Shown in pieces: positions 15,840 to 28,000 of a stretch of DNA of 44,200 nt. The stretch spans positions 1 through 44,200 of the forward strand of contig CAZNMK010000002.1 of assembly GCA_964574045.1 (NCBI GenBank), written 5' to 3'. Each line of letters opens with the position of its first letter. Positions within the stretch are counted from its first letter, which is position 1. The translations under genes and the position numbers were made by a program. The notes beneath the pieces are model-generated. The model was given only the letters and a program-made list of their open reading frames with translations, searched no databases and was not told the DNA's origin. The DNA comes from an uncultured Roseovarius sp. GTDB lineage: Bacteria > Pseudomonadota > Alphaproteobacteria > Rhodobacterales > Rhodobacteraceae.

Positions 15840-15882
15840 TGGTGGCGCCCGGTTCGGCCATGACCGGGCGCCACCATTCTCT
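15840..15882 (+). terminator. hairpin ending the head operon (probable terminator or attenuator)
   Basis: 14-bp perfect stem TGGTGGCGCCCGGT/ACCGGGCGCCACCA followed by TTCTCT. Confidence 0.65.
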
Positions 15883-15895
15883 CCGGAGGTAGCTC

Positions 15896-16549
15896 ATGCC
15901 GTCAGTCATCCAGATCTGCAACATGGCCATCGGGCGAGTGGCGGGCAAGGCCCAGATCTCCACCCTGAACGAGGCCAGCGTCGCCGCCGAGCTCTGCTCC
16001 CTCTACTACGAGGAGGCGCGCGACAGCGCCATCCGAGACATCCGCCCGCGGTTCGCGCGTCGCGCTCAGGCGCTGGCAGCCGTCGCGGGCCAGACCTTCC
16101 CGGGCTGGCAGTTCGTCTACCAGCTGCCGACCGACTGCCTCTTCATCGAGAGCGTGGTGCCGGAGACCGGCATGCGCACCTCGCAGTCGTTCCCGGGCGC
16201 CTCAGGATTCCATCCGCTGCTGACGCAGGTGGCCTCGCTCAGCCTGAAGATCCCCTACGATGTATCGAGCTACGCCGGCGGGAAGACCATCCTCTGCGAC
16301 CTCGATGAGGCGTGGGCGATTTACTTCGGCCGGGTGGAAGATCCCACCCTGTTCGACTCGGGCTTCGTGCAGGCGCTCTCGTTCCGTCTGGCGATGGATC
16401 TGGCGATGCCACTGACCAAGGAGCCGCGGATCCTGTCGATGGTCGAGCGTGGCTACGAGATAGCCAAGAGCGTCGCCCGGGAGGGGTCGCTCAGCGAGGC
16501 GCAGGAAGACCCGATGCCGGAGTCCCCGTCGATTCTGGCGAGGCGGTAA
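15896..16549 (+). CDS. tail tubular protein A / head-tail adaptor (T7 gp11-like)
   Basis: IQICNMAIGRV, YQLPTDCL and FVQALSFRLAMDLAMPLT motifs; position. Confidence 0.85.
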   Translation: MPSVIQICNMAIGRVAGKAQISTLNEASVAAELCSLYYEEARDSAIRDIRPRFARRAQALAAVAGQTFPGWQFVYQLPTDCLFIESVVPETGMRTSQSFPGASGFHPLLTQVASLSLKIPYDVSSYAGGKTILCDLDEAWAIYFGRVEDPTLFDSGFVQALSFRLAMDLAMPLTKEPRILSMVERGYEIAKSVAREGSLSEAQEDPMPESPSILARR

Positions 16550-16552
16550 CCG

Positions 16553-19273
16553 GTGTCGCGCAGGCTCCCCGACCTCAAGCCGATCCAGCAGCCCGCGTTC
16601 TCTGCCGGCGAGGCGTCGCCCTCGGTGGCGGCCCGCGTCGATCAGGAGCGCTACGGGATCAGCGCGAAGACCCTGCGCAACTTCATCGTGCAGATCTCCG
16701 GCGGCGCCGCCAACCGTCCGGGCCTGCGGTTCGTTGCCGCGGCCAAGACGCAGGACAAGGCGGTGGCCCTGCTCAAGTTCCAGTTCTCGACCGACCAGTC
16801 CTACGTCATCGAGGCCGGGCACAACTACCTGCGGTTCATCCGCCGGGGTGGCGTGCAGCTGCTCGACGGGCCGCCTGTCGAGGTGGCCACGCCCTACTCG
16901 AACGATGAGGTGCTCGACCTCTGGTACTCGCAGTCGGCCGACGTGATGACGATCGTCCACCCGAACCACAAGCCGCGCGAGCTCAAGCGGATCAGCGAGA
17001 CCAACTGGACCCTGACCGAGCTCGACAACGAGGAGGGTCCGTTCCTCGACATCAACACGAACGAGGCGCTCTTCATCCACGCCAGCGCCGAGACCGGCAC
17101 CGTGACCCTGACGGCAACGGCCCCGGTCTTCAATGCGAACCATGTCGGCGCGCTGATGTACCTCGAGGAGGAGAACCTCTCGAAGGTGCGCCCGTGGGAG
17201 CCGAGCAAGGAGATCACCCGCGATGGGTACAGCTCGCTGGGTTTCCTGCGCAGGAACGACGGCAAGACCTACGAGTGCCAGAGCTCGTTCCCGAGCGGCG
17301 TCATCTTCACCGGCACCATCCCGCCCACCCACGAGAAGGGCAGCGCCATGTGTGGGAGCGGGAACCAGATCGCAGGGGTTGGCGCAAAGGTTGCCGGCCT
17401 AGACTGGCTCTACCTGCACTCCGGTTATGGCATCGTGAGGATCACGGCCTACACCTCTGCGACGCAGGTCACCGCGGTGGTGGTCCGCAGGTTGCCGGCT
17501 ACGGTGGTCGGCGGCGCCCAGACCGGCGCCACCACCTCGCATACGGGCGATGGCTCCACGGTCACGTTCGCCTACGTCACCACCAGCAACGACCCGCTAC
17601 TGGTCGACGTCCTGCTCGATGGCGAGCTCCAGCCGCCGACCTCGTACACGGTCAACTCTGGGACCAACCAGATCACCTTCGCGGTGGCGCCGGCCGGCGG
17701 CGTCGCCATCACCTTCAGGCGGCTGACCCAGAGCAACCGCACCAGCGTCTGGGCCTTTGGTGCGTGGTCGGCCGATCAGGGCTATCCGTCAGTGGTCACC
17801 TACTACGCTGACAGGCAGGTCTTCGCCGCCACACCGAAAGAGCCGCAGTCGCTGTGGATGAGTCGCACCGGGCGCTACAGGAAGTTCAGCCGCTCCACGC
17901 CCCTGCAGGCTGACGACCGGATCACGGCCACCATCAACTCGCGCGAGGTCAACGCGATCAGGGACGTGGTGCCGCTGTCGAGCATGGTGCTGCTGACCAG
18001 CGGCGGAGAATGGAAGGGTACAGCCGGCGAGGATGGCGTTCTCTCTCCAGAGACCTTCGACGTCAAGCCGCAGACGTTCTTCGGCGCCGAGCGTGTGCGC
18101 TCCGTGGTCGTCGGCAACACCGCCATGTTCGCCCAGAAGCAGGGCGGCGCGGTGCGCGAGATCAGCTACTCGTTCGATGATGACGGCTACAACGGTGGAG
18201 ACCTGACCATCTGGTCCGACCACCTGTTCGGCACGAAGAAGAAGGTCCGGCAGCTGTCCTACCATCAGGCGCCCTACTCGGTGGTCTGGGCCGTCAGGTC
18301 TGATGGCGCGCTGCTGTCGCTGACCTACATGAAGGATCAGGGCGTGCTGGCGTGGGCCCGGCACGACACCGGCAACGGCGACCTGTTCGAGCAGGTTTGC
18401 ACTATCGACGGCGATGACGAGGACGAGACCTATGTCGTGGTCCGCCGGTTCGTCGACGGCGCATGGCGGCGCTACATCGAGCGGGTTGAGACTCGCGACT
18501 TCGAGTCTATCGAGCATGCGTTCTTCGTCGACAGCGGGCTGTCCTACGATGGCAGGAACACGGGGGCGACCACGATGGCGATCTCGGCGTGGTCAAACTG
18601 GGGCGCTCTGGAGTCTGGGAATATTCTTGCCAGCGCCTCCACATTCGTGGCCGGAGATGTCGGCAACGAGATCGAGCTCAGGCTCGACGGCAAGAAGGTC
18701 CGGCTGGAGATCACCGCCTACAACTCGGCCACCAACGTCACGGCCCGCGCATTGTCCGCAGTGCCTGCCGAGATTCAGGACGAGCTGGTGGTCGACTGGA
18801 CGTTCAAGCGCCGGGTGATGACCGGACTCTCGCACCTCGAGGGGCGCACCGTCTCCGTGCTGAGCGACGGCAACGTCGAGGAGCAGAAGGTCGTCACCTC
18901 CGGGCAGATCACGCTGGACCGCCCGGGCGGCATCGTCCACATCGGGCTGCCGATCGAGGCCGACCTCGAGACGCTCGCCATCAATGACCCGAGTCGCGAG
19001 ACCGTGCGCGGCCGGAAGAAGACCGTGCCATCGGTTACCGTAGTTGTCGACGAGTCGCGCGGGCTCTTCGCCGGCTCCGGCCCCGACAGCCTTTATGAGT
19101 ACAAGCAGCGCACCGACGAGACCTACGAGGAGGCCACCCGACCGAAGACCGGGCTCGCGCGGATCGAGATCGCGATGGAGTGGGGCGACGATGGGCGCGT
19201 GTTCATGCGGCAGAGTGACCCGCTGCCGCTGACCGTTCTGTCGGTCATTCCGGAGGTGCTCATTGGCGGCTGA
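16553..19273 (+). CDS. tail tubular protein B / nozzle (T7 gp12-like)
   Basis: QPAFSAGEASP, GGAANRPGLRFV, YPSVVTYYADRQVFA, AWARHDT and PLPLTVLSV motifs. Confidence 0.88.
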   Translation: MSRRLPDLKPIQQPAFSAGEASPSVAARVDQERYGISAKTLRNFIVQISGGAANRPGLRFVAAAKTQDKAVALLKFQFSTDQSYVIEAGHNYLRFIRRGGVQLLDGPPVEVATPYSNDEVLDLWYSQSADVMTIVHPNHKPRELKRISETNWTLTELDNEEGPFLDINTNEALFIHASAETGTVTLTATAPVFNANHVGALMYLEEENLSKVRPWEPSKEITRDGYSSLGFLRRNDGKTYECQSSFPSGVIFTGTIPPTHEKGSAMCGSGNQIAGVGAKVAGLDWLYLHSGYGIVRITAYTSATQVTAVVVRRLPATVVGGAQTGATTSHTGDGSTVTFAYVTTSNDPLLVDVLLDGELQPPTSYTVNSGTNQITFAVAPAGGVAITFRRLTQSNRTSVWAFGAWSADQGYPSVVTYYADRQVFAATPKEPQSLWMSRTGRYRKFSRSTPLQADDRITATINSREVNAIRDVVPLSSMVLLTSGGEWKGTAGEDGVLSPETFDVKPQTFFGAERVRSVVVGNTAMFAQKQGGAVREISYSFDDDGYNGGDLTIWSDHLFGTKKKVRQLSYHQAPYSVVWAVRSDGALLSLTYMKDQGVLAWARHDTGNGDLFEQVCTIDGDDEDETYVVVRRFVDGAWRRYIERVETRDFESIEHAFFVDSGLSYDGRNTGATTMAISAWSNWGALESGNILASASTFVAGDVGNEIELRLDGKKVRLEITAYNSATNVTARALSAVPAEIQDELVVDWTFKRRVMTGLSHLEGRTVSVLSDGNVEEQKVVTSGQITLDRPGGIVHIGLPIEADLETLAINDPSRETVRGRKKTVPSVTVVVDESRGLFAGSGPDSLYEYKQRTDETYEEATRPKTGLARIEIAMEWGDDGRVFMRQSDPLPLTVLSVIPEVLIGG

Positions 19274-19763
19274 CTATCAGGTGGTCGACGCCCGGTTCGA
19301 GCATTGCATGCTCATCCACCGGCACGCGCGCGCGGCCGACCGGATCGAGATCGCGCTCGCCACCGGCGGCGGGATCATGCAGGCGCTCCACCGCGGCCTG
19401 AAGGCGTCAACGGCGTCGTGGACCCTGCTCTACGGCGACCAGCCGGTAGCGATGGGCGGGGTCGCCCCGTGGCCCGGCGAGCTCGGCCGGGCGATGCTGG
19501 TCGGGATCCCGTGGGCGATCGGGACGTTCCATGTGGAACAACGCAGCCGCCCGCTGGTGGAGCTCGGCCCCGGGATCCTCGACCGGATGCTCGACCTCTA
19601 TGGCGAGCTCCAGAACTACGTCCACGCCGAGAATCTCCGGGCCATCCGGTTCCTCGGGTGGCTTGGATTCACCTTCGGGCAGGCTGTAGAGTACGGCCCG
19701 ACCCGGGCGGTTTTCGTCCCGTTTGCAATTCGGAGGGTCTCCCCGTGTGCAGCCCTGAACTAG
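19263..19763 (+). CDS. T7 gp13-like internal virion protein A / GNAT-like
   Basis: LQNYVHAENLRAIRFLGWLGFTF motif; position after the nozzle; GGAGG RBS before TTG. Confidence 0.8.
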   Translation: MAADYQVVDARFEHCMLIHRHARAADRIEIALATGGGIMQALHRGLKASTASWTLLYGDQPVAMGGVAPWPGELGRAMLVGIPWAIGTFHVEQRSRPLVELGPGILDRMLDLYGELQNYVHAENLRAIRFLGWLGFTFGQAVEYGPTRAVFVPFAIRRVSPCAALN

Positions 19764-20203
19764 CCGGCGTCGCCATGATGGGCAGCACCGGCGTCTCTGC
19801 GGGCGCCCAGCTGGCAGCCGGTTTCTCCAATGCCAAGATGTCCAAGGCGAACGCCGGGCTGGCCGAGGCTGCCGCGGTCGACGCGCTGGCCCGGGGCGCC
19901 GACGAGGAGTCGCGTTACCGGATGAACATCCGGCAGGTGCAGGGCCGGCAGCGGGCGGCGGTGGCCGCCAGCGGGCTCACCTTCAGCGGGTCGGCGGCCG
20001 AGATCGCCCGTGACACCGACATGATCGCCGAGCAGGACGTGGCGACTATCCGGGCCAACGCCGCCCGGGAGGCGTTCGGGTTCCGGACGCAGGCCAGCAC
20101 CTACCGGTATCAGGGCCGGCTCGACAAGCGCGGCGCGGTGACCGGGGCTGCCGGCACCTTCCTCGGCGGGGCCGCCCGCTCCTACGAGATCTGGGACCGG
20201 TAA
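19745..20203 (+). CDS. internal virion (ejection) protein, T7 gp14-like
   Basis: GTG start (MCSPEL) with GGAGG RBS; GRQRAAVAASG...GSA and IRANAAREAFG motifs. Confidence 0.78.
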   Translation: MCSPELAGVAMMGSTGVSAGAQLAAGFSNAKMSKANAGLAEAAAVDALARGADEESRYRMNIRQVQGRQRAAVAASGLTFSGSAAEIARDTDMIAEQDVATIRANAAREAFGFRTQASTYRYQGRLDKRGAVTGAAGTFLGGAARSYEIWDR

Positions 20204-22023
20204 TGGCGACCCAGCCGCGGCTCACTGAACGACAGGTCGCCCAGCAGCCACTGAGCGGCCAGCGGCTGGGCGTGCGTGCCACCCCAGAGGGGATGGGCGC
20301 CGGGCTCGCGAGCGGCGCGCAGCAGGCCACGGGGGCCATGCTGGAGGTCTACGAGCGGGAGCGCGGGAAGGCTGACGAGCTCGCGGTCATGGAGGCTGAC
20401 CAGCGGCTGGCCCAGTGGGAGGCGGAGACCGTCTTCGACGAGAAGACCGGCCTCTTGCGCCGGCGCGGCCGGGATGCTCTGGGCGTGCCCGACGACGCGA
20501 TGAAGAGCCTCTCGAAGCTCCGGAGCGAGATCGAGCGAGGGCTGGTCGGCGACCGGCAGCTGGTGGCGTTCACGAAGAAGGCGAACGCCCGGCAGCAGGA
20601 GATCCAGCGCCGGCTGCAGAACCACGTCGCCGGCGAGATGGCCGCCTACCAGACGGCCGAGACTCAGGCATTCGTCGAGACCTCGGTCAGGAACGCCGGC
20701 AATAAGTGGGACGATCCCGAGGCGATCGCGAACGAGCTCAACCGGCAGGAGGAGGCGATCGTCGCGCTGGCCGAGGCGGTCGGCATGTCGCCAGAGGTGC
20801 GTGGCCAGCAGCTGACCAAGTACCGCGAGCAGACCCACCTGACGGTGATCGGCCGCATGGTGGACAGCCGTGACCTGAAGACGGCGCGCGAGTACTTCAA
20901 CGCGAACATCGACGACCTCGGGCCTGAGGGCCGGAGCAAGGTGCAGAGCATCCTCGACACCGCCGACCTGCGGGCGCGCGGGCAGGAGGCCGAGGACCGG
21001 ATCATGGCCGCTCACCCGGGCGACATGGCAGGCGCGCTCAAGGCGGCCCGCGACCTGCCGTCCGAGATCCGCGACGATGCGGTGGCCCGGATCAAGGTGC
21101 GGTTCAGCGAGCTCGACACCATCAAGCAGGTCGCCGACCGCGAACGGATCGACACCGTGACCAAGCTCCTGCAGAGCAACGGCGGAGACTACGACGCGAT
21201 CCCGGGCACGATCCTGTCCGAGCTCACGCCCAAGCAGCAGGGCGAGGCGAAGGCGCTGGCAGAGTACATCCGCACCGGGATGCCGACCCACAGCTGGGCT
21301 GCGTGGAGCGAGATCACCGCGATGGCCGCGATGGAGCCGGAGAAGTTCGCCGGCGTGAACCTGATGATGGAGTACCGGGCGGTGCTTGGCGACCAGCAGT
21401 TCTCGAGCATACTCGCCGAGCAGAACAGGATCCGGCAGGAGCAGCTAAACTTGAAGCAGGGCGGCGGCCCGCAGAGTGAGACGCTGTCGTTCACGCAGAT
21501 CTTCGAGGGTGTGGCGCGCGAGCTCGAGGTGATCCCGAGGAACAAGTCCATCACCGGGCTCAGCAAGAAGGATGCTGCCGACTTCTATGAGCGGCGCCGG
21601 CGGGCCGTCGACGAGATCGCTGATATCGAGCGCACCAGTGGCAAGAAACTTTCGACGCAGGAGAAGCAGGCGATCGCGACTCGGGTTCTCGGCGAGTACG
21701 TCATGACGCCGGGCCGGATCTGGGGCACGAATCAGCGACGGCCGACCATGCTCACACCGGACCAGATCGTCGGCGGCGCCTTCGTGCCGCGCGAGAGCAT
21801 CCCCAGCAGCTGGTGGACGCAGTCCATCAACGAGATCCTGTCGACGGAGTTCGGCGGGATCCCTCTCGAGGAGATGTCGGTTGGCCGCGCGAAGGCGATC
21901 GAGAACGCGCTCCAGCGCGACTACGCGATCAAGATGTACTCGGGGCTCGAGGGCGAGGAGCTCGACCGGGCGATCAAGGAGCTGTGGGATGAGGTGAAGC
22001 GGGACGTGGGGAGCATTCGCTGA
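20203..22023 (+). CDS. internal virion (ejection) protein, gp15-like position
   Basis: Helical 606-aa ORF translationally coupled on both sides within the core-protein cluster. Confidence 0.7.
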   Translation: MATQPRLTERQVAQQPLSGQRLGVRATPEGMGAGLASGAQQATGAMLEVYERERGKADELAVMEADQRLAQWEAETVFDEKTGLLRRRGRDALGVPDDAMKSLSKLRSEIERGLVGDRQLVAFTKKANARQQEIQRRLQNHVAGEMAAYQTAETQAFVETSVRNAGNKWDDPEAIANELNRQEEAIVALAEAVGMSPEVRGQQLTKYREQTHLTVIGRMVDSRDLKTAREYFNANIDDLGPEGRSKVQSILDTADLRARGQEAEDRIMAAHPGDMAGALKAARDLPSEIRDDAVARIKVRFSELDTIKQVADRERIDTVTKLLQSNGGDYDAIPGTILSELTPKQQGEAKALAEYIRTGMPTHSWAAWSEITAMAAMEPEKFAGVNLMMEYRAVLGDQQFSSILAEQNRIRQEQLNLKQGGGPQSETLSFTQIFEGVARELEVIPRNKSITGLSKKDAADFYERRRRAVDEIADIERTSGKKLSTQEKQAIATRVLGEYVMTPGRIWGTNQRRPTMLTPDQIVGGAFVPRESIPSSWWTQSINEILSTEFGGIPLEEMSVGRAKAIENALQRDYAIKMYSGLEGEELDRAIKELWDEVKRDVGSIR

Positions 22024-25000
22024 TGTCGCGTTTCGACGAACTGATGCAGGAGGCGCAGGCCCGGCAGATGGAGTCGCCGAACCGGCGGCCCCTGTTCGGC
22101 GAGGGTAGTCAGCCCGAGATCGAGACTCCGTCGCAGTCGCTGATGCGGATCCGCCAGCGCGAAGATGGCAGCCTGCGCGAGGCGGCCAAGCTCCGCGCCC
22201 CTGATGGTTCGGCGGTCACCCCGGAGATCGGGCGGCGGGTGCTGGGCGTCGCCCGGCGCACCGGCCTGCCGGAGCCGTTCATCCGCGAGAACATCGACGA
22301 CCTCGAGCGGAAGATCGCCGAGCAGGACTTCGACCCGGCCGAGTTCCGGAAGACTTCGCCGGCGCTGGCCGAGTGGATGCAGGGCAGCCCGGAGCGCTCC
22401 GCCGCCGTGCTGGCTGAACGGACCTCGATGCAAGACGTCGAGGAGTATGTCATGGCGATCGCCGGGCAGGGGCCGCACGGGGCGCCGTTCCGGGCTATGC
22501 AGCAGAAGTCGTGGGGCGTGGCGAAGGGGCTGCTGACCGGCGTGCTCGAGGGCGCCGAGATGGCCGGCGTGGGCGTGCCTGAGGCGGCCGGGGCCGCCAG
22601 CCGACTGCTGTACCGCGCAGGGGCGCCGGTGCTGCCCGACTGGTTCCTGAAGATGGACGAGGCGGTCTCCGGGTTCCTCTTCGATCCGAGCCGCTCAGGC
22701 GCAATAGGAGAGGCTCTGGCGGGCCGAAAGGGCTGGGACGAGGTTGGCCTTGGCCGGCTGCTCAATCCCTTCTCCAGCCTGACCACGCTCGGCGAGACGG
22801 CCGGGGCTGTCGCTGACATCACCCGCCCGACCGAGGAGCAGCAGAGCTTCGCCTCCGACGTCGCCACCGGCGTCGGCCAGATGGGGTTCCAGATCGCCAC
22901 CGCGATGGCCAGCGGCGGCGTGGCAGCTCCGGTCAGCCTGACCAACCTGTTCGGCATGGGCGCTTTCATCCAGAAGGAGATGATCGACGACGCCCGGTCC
23001 CGCGGGCTCGAGATCTCTGACCGCGACCGGGACATCGCCCTGCTGCTGGGCGGCCTGTCGACGGCGGCCACCGAGCGGGTGGGCCTGCACTTCGTGATGG
23101 AGCGGCTGCCGCCTCCGGTGCGCCGGAAGCTGGCGCAGGGGATGCTCGACATCCTGATCGCCGGCGGCGCCGAGGGCCTGCAGGAGATGACCGACGCGCT
23201 CATGCAGAACCTGATCGCCAAGGGCATCTACGATCCGGAGCAGCAGGCTTTCGACGATGCGCTGTTCTACGAGGGCGGCGTCGGCTTCAGCGCCGGCGCG
23301 GTCAGCCGCTTCCTGCTGACCACGGTGCTCGGTGTCCGGGCGCGATCGTTCGGCACGAAGACCGAGGCGGCGCTGGCCGAGCTCGACGGCCACCTCGGCA
23401 AGGTGCAGCTACGGGAGAAAGACCCGGACACCTTCGAGGAGGTGATCAAGGCCATGCGCGACAAGCATGGCAGCGACGACGTCTACGTCGACTCGACGGC
23501 GTTCCAGACCTACTGGCAGAGCATGGGGGAGGATCCGCGTGAGGTTGCCCGGGAGATTCTCGGCGATGAGTCGCCATACATCGAGGGCGCGCTGGTCGGC
23601 GGCCGGTTCAAGATCCCGCTCGAGAAGTATGCCCGGCATCTCGCGAACACCCCGGCGGCGGAAGCGCTTCGCCAGCACATGGCATTCTCGCCCGATACCC
23701 CGACCGTAGCCGAGGCGGTGCAGTTCGAGGCCGAGCAGCAGACCCTGCTGGCCGAGTTCGACGAAGCGATCCAGACGGCGCGGAGCCCCGAGGCGGTCGC
23801 GCTCTATGACGAGATCCTCGGCTCCCTGACCAACGTGCTCCCGCGGTCGACGGCCGAGCCGGTGGCCCGGATGCTGGCCAGCACGATGATGACGCAGGCG
23901 AGCCGGATGACGCAGGGCGGGAAGCCGATGACCGGGCTCGAGCTCTGGCGCTCGAACCCGATCGACTTCGCCCGGCAGCTGCCGGAGATCCTGACCCGGA
24001 TGGGCTCGGGCTACGACATCGCCATCGATCCGCTGCTCGACCGGCTGCGGGCCGGCGACGTCCCGACCCAGCAGGACGCCTTCGGGCCGTCCCTGTTCGA
24101 CTTTCTGCGCGAGCAGGGCGGGCTGCAGGAGATGTCCGGCGAGCTCGCTGCGCGCGATCTCAGTAAGGCTCAGGGGCTCCCGGGACAGCGCCGGCTGGTC
24201 TCCGAGCAGGGAATGCACCTCGACCGGGCGGCCGAGCTCGCCGCCGAGGCCGGCTATATCGAGGACGCGACGATCGACGCGCTCCTCGACGCGATCGACT
24301 CCGAGTCCCGGGGCGACCGGGTCTTTACCCTGCAGCGGGCCAGCGCTCAGGCACAGAACATGCGGCTCGAGCTGGAGGCGCTGCAGGAGCAGCTGGACCG
24401 GATGGGAGCCGACCTGCAGAAGCTGACGAACGAGCAGGTCAAGCAGGTGCTGGCCGGGAAGCTGGACCCGGCCGCGGTCGAGGCCGCGGTGCGGGCGGCT
24501 GGCGAGGGCGACAACCGGACGTTCATCCAGCGGGCGATAGATCGGGTATCTGGGTTGATAGCCCGGCGCGCCGGTCCCGTGACGGAGACCGAGGAGTTTC
24601 TTCGCTGGTTTGGGTCCAGCAAGGCCGTGAAGATGGTAAGCACCAAGACGGGCGAGGCCGCGACATCTTCCCGGGAAGAGTCAAAGGCCGTGCCGTTGGT
24701 CATGTATCACACGACGAGGGGAGAGTCATTCGACTCTTTCCAGATTGGTCGAGAAACGATCAACTCGAGCACCTTCGGCGACTACTCGACGACTAGAGCC
24801 GCGTTCTTCGTTACGCCGAGCGTGAGCGATTCTCAGGCTTATGGCCAGATAGACGGCAGGTTCGTTGACGGCGCTGCGGTGATGCCGCTTTACGTCCGCG
24901 CGGAGGATCCTCTGGATCTTTCCGAGGGGCTCAAGGAGGCCGATTACAAGAGGATGTCCGACTTCGGTTGGAGTGACGGATTTATCTTCAATAGGCTGGG

Positions 25001-28000
25001 CAGCTGGGAGATGTTCGATGGCGAGGAAGGGGCTCAAGTTGTCGAAGATCTAAAGGCAATGGGCTACGACTCTGTCGTCTTCAACGACCAGAATCCGGTG
25101 ACGGGAGATTCATTCGAGTCGTGGGCGCTATTCGACCCGAATCAGGTGAAGTCAGCCACCGCCAATGTTGGTGATTTTTCCAGAGAGTCCGTGAACGTGC
25201 TCTTCCAGCTGGTGCAGCGCGCCAGCCAGCTGGCGCAGGACGAGGGCGTCAACAGCAGGATGGAGCAGGAGTTCTTCGGCGAGATCTGGCCGCGGCTACT
25301 CGACGCTGCAGGCGAGCGGTTCGACCCTTCCGGTGATGGAATTACCAAAGCGGCGGAGCATGCCGTTAAAGAGATCAGCGACTGGCTGCAGGAGAACCCG
25401 CGGTTCGCCGACTACTACACCAAGGACTGGTCGATCACCCGCGACATCCTAGAGCAGCACTACGGCCAGCAGATCACCGACGAGCAGTTCGCGGTCTTCC
25501 GGTTCCTGACCGGCGTCACCTCGCTGAACACGCCACTCAAGGGCAACATCGCCGACGCGGTCAATGCGTTCGAGCTCTTCATGCGCGACGGCAACTTCTC
25601 TGCCATCGAGCTCAGCGTGAGCCAGAAGGGCGCGACCGTCATCGACAAGGCGCCGTTCCTGCTGAGCAATACCACGAACGGGATCAAGGCCCGGTCGATG
25701 GTGGTGTTCGATCAGGTGGTCAGGGAGCAGGGCAGCGTGGCTGCCGCGATCTCGTGGCTCATGGAGCCGGTCCCGTACCTCGACCTGCACAAGGTCAATG
25801 TCCAGCTGGGGTACAAGGGTCCGATCGGCAACATGGGTTTCATTCGTGACATAACCCAGCAGGCCACCGGCCAGAAGGATCTGGTGCCGCGGATGTTCGT
25901 GCTCGGGCCGAAGATCGGCGCCTACACGATGAATGCCCTCGGCGACGGCCGCTACACCACGATCGACGTCTGGGAGTCCCGCTACATCCGCAGCCAATTC
26001 AACGGCTTGCTGGACAAGAATCTGGGGCTGCCGGTGGGCCGCGCGGAGCAGGAGCTCTTCATCGCTTTCGCCGATGAGTTCGAGGCCGCGTGGCTGGCCG
26101 CCGGGAACGCCCCGATGGAGCGCTCGGCGATGCAGGCCGCCCGCTGGTTCTATATACTGGAGAAGGCGAGGAAGGCAGGTTACTCAGAGGCGGACACCAG
26201 TGAAACCATCAGCTACTACACCGCGGAAGCTCTCGGCGCAGGAGTTCGAGGAGCAGATCCGGAAGGCGGGCGACGCGGCTATGAAAGCGGTCTCGGAGCG
26301 GTCCAGAAGCGCTGGCGACCGTATGACCGCAAGCGAGCTCAGAGCCGACGAATCATCGACATCTACAAGTCTCTCCGCGGACGAGTTGATGTTGGTCGAT
26401 CAGGTAAGAGAGTTGTACCCCGGGTTTTCCGACGAAGAGATTCTCGAGATCGCAAGGGAATCATAGCTGAGTTCTCGCTCGACCCTGCTGACCCGCAGGT
26501 CAACGATCTCAGGAAGCTCGGCGTATCCCAGCCGACCCTGATTCAGCTGAACCCGAACGTCGCTGACGAGACCGGTGTAACCGGCGCTCAGCGATTCCTT
26601 GCGGCCATCACTGCTGCCAAGCGCGACAACAAGTTCGGCGCCGCGGTCTACGTCTACTCCGAGGACGAGTACCGCAAGATGAAGCTTTTCATCACCGAGG
26701 ACGGCACGGCCGGCATCGCGGTGAAGAGCGACGGCGACATCGTCTCGGTGTTCAACTTCATGAACGGGCCGCACAACCTCGTGGCCCGGCACCTGCTGCT
26801 GATGGCTATGGAGGCCGGCGGCAAGAAGATGGACAACTTCGACACCGTGCTCACCCCGCTCTATGAGTCGATGGGGTTCGAGGTGGTTCGCCGGGATCCG
26901 TGGAACGAGGACTACAAGCCAGAGGGCTGGGATAAGGCGACGTTCGCCAAGTGGAACAACGGCGAGCCCGACGTCGTATACATGGAGTACGCCGAGAACC
27001 AGAAGCTCACCCGGCTCTATCAGGACGAGGCGCCGCCACCTGCCGGCCGCCCGCGCACCGTCGAGGACGTCTTCACCTCGAAGGCGCTGCGCGTCGTGCG
27101 CGACATGCCGGCGACGAAAGCGACCGCTGCGCAGTGGATGGGGATCCTGCGCAACAAGGGCGTCAAGGCCGAGGAGCTCGAGTGGCTGCGGATCGAGCCG
27201 TGGCTGAACTCTGTTGGCGCCAGCGTCACCCGCGATCAGGTGCTCGAGTTCATCGAGGCCAATCGGCTGCAGGTGACGGAGCAGGTGTTCGCGCATCAGA
27301 TGGAAGATTCTCTGGTCGAGGATCTCGAGACTCTGCGGCTTCGAGGCTACGAGATCGTCAGCGAGGATGAGCCCGGCGGCGTCAGCGATATACGCGGCGG
27401 AGTTCCGTTTGAATGGCAGGTGGTCCGTTCCGCGACCGGTGAGTTCATAGACGGGCAAAATGGCTGGGATGCCCCGGAGGACTACCAGCTATACCAAGGC
27501 ATCGTCGATGCCGTGCTGAGCACTTCCAAGCCGAAGTGGGATGAGTACAGGCCACTAACTGCACAGCGCGGCTACAAGGAGATCCTGCTGCGACTGCCGT
27601 TCAATCAGCCATCGATGCAGCAGCAGGGCACCTACGTCGGCCCCCACTGGGACTCGACCAATGTCGTCGCCCATGAGCGCCATTACGAGGACACGGTCGA
27701 GGGTGGCGATGCGCTGATCTCGATCGAGATCCAGAGCGACTGGCACCAGACTGGCAGACGGCGCGGGTATAGCGAGCCGAAGACGAGGCGGAGGTTCTCT
27801 GCGCAGACGAGATCCTTCGGCTTGAATCAGGCTGGAGCCGCTCGAGCGCTGCCCGGAGATCCTGAGGGGCAGGGGCTGGCAGAGAATCTTGCGCAGTCGG
27901 AACTCGCCGTAAGCGTCGCCGAGAGTATGGGTTCTGCTGTAGACCAGCTGACTGTAGAGGCGGTCGTAGTTAGCGACGTTATCGGCTACAACGAAGACAC

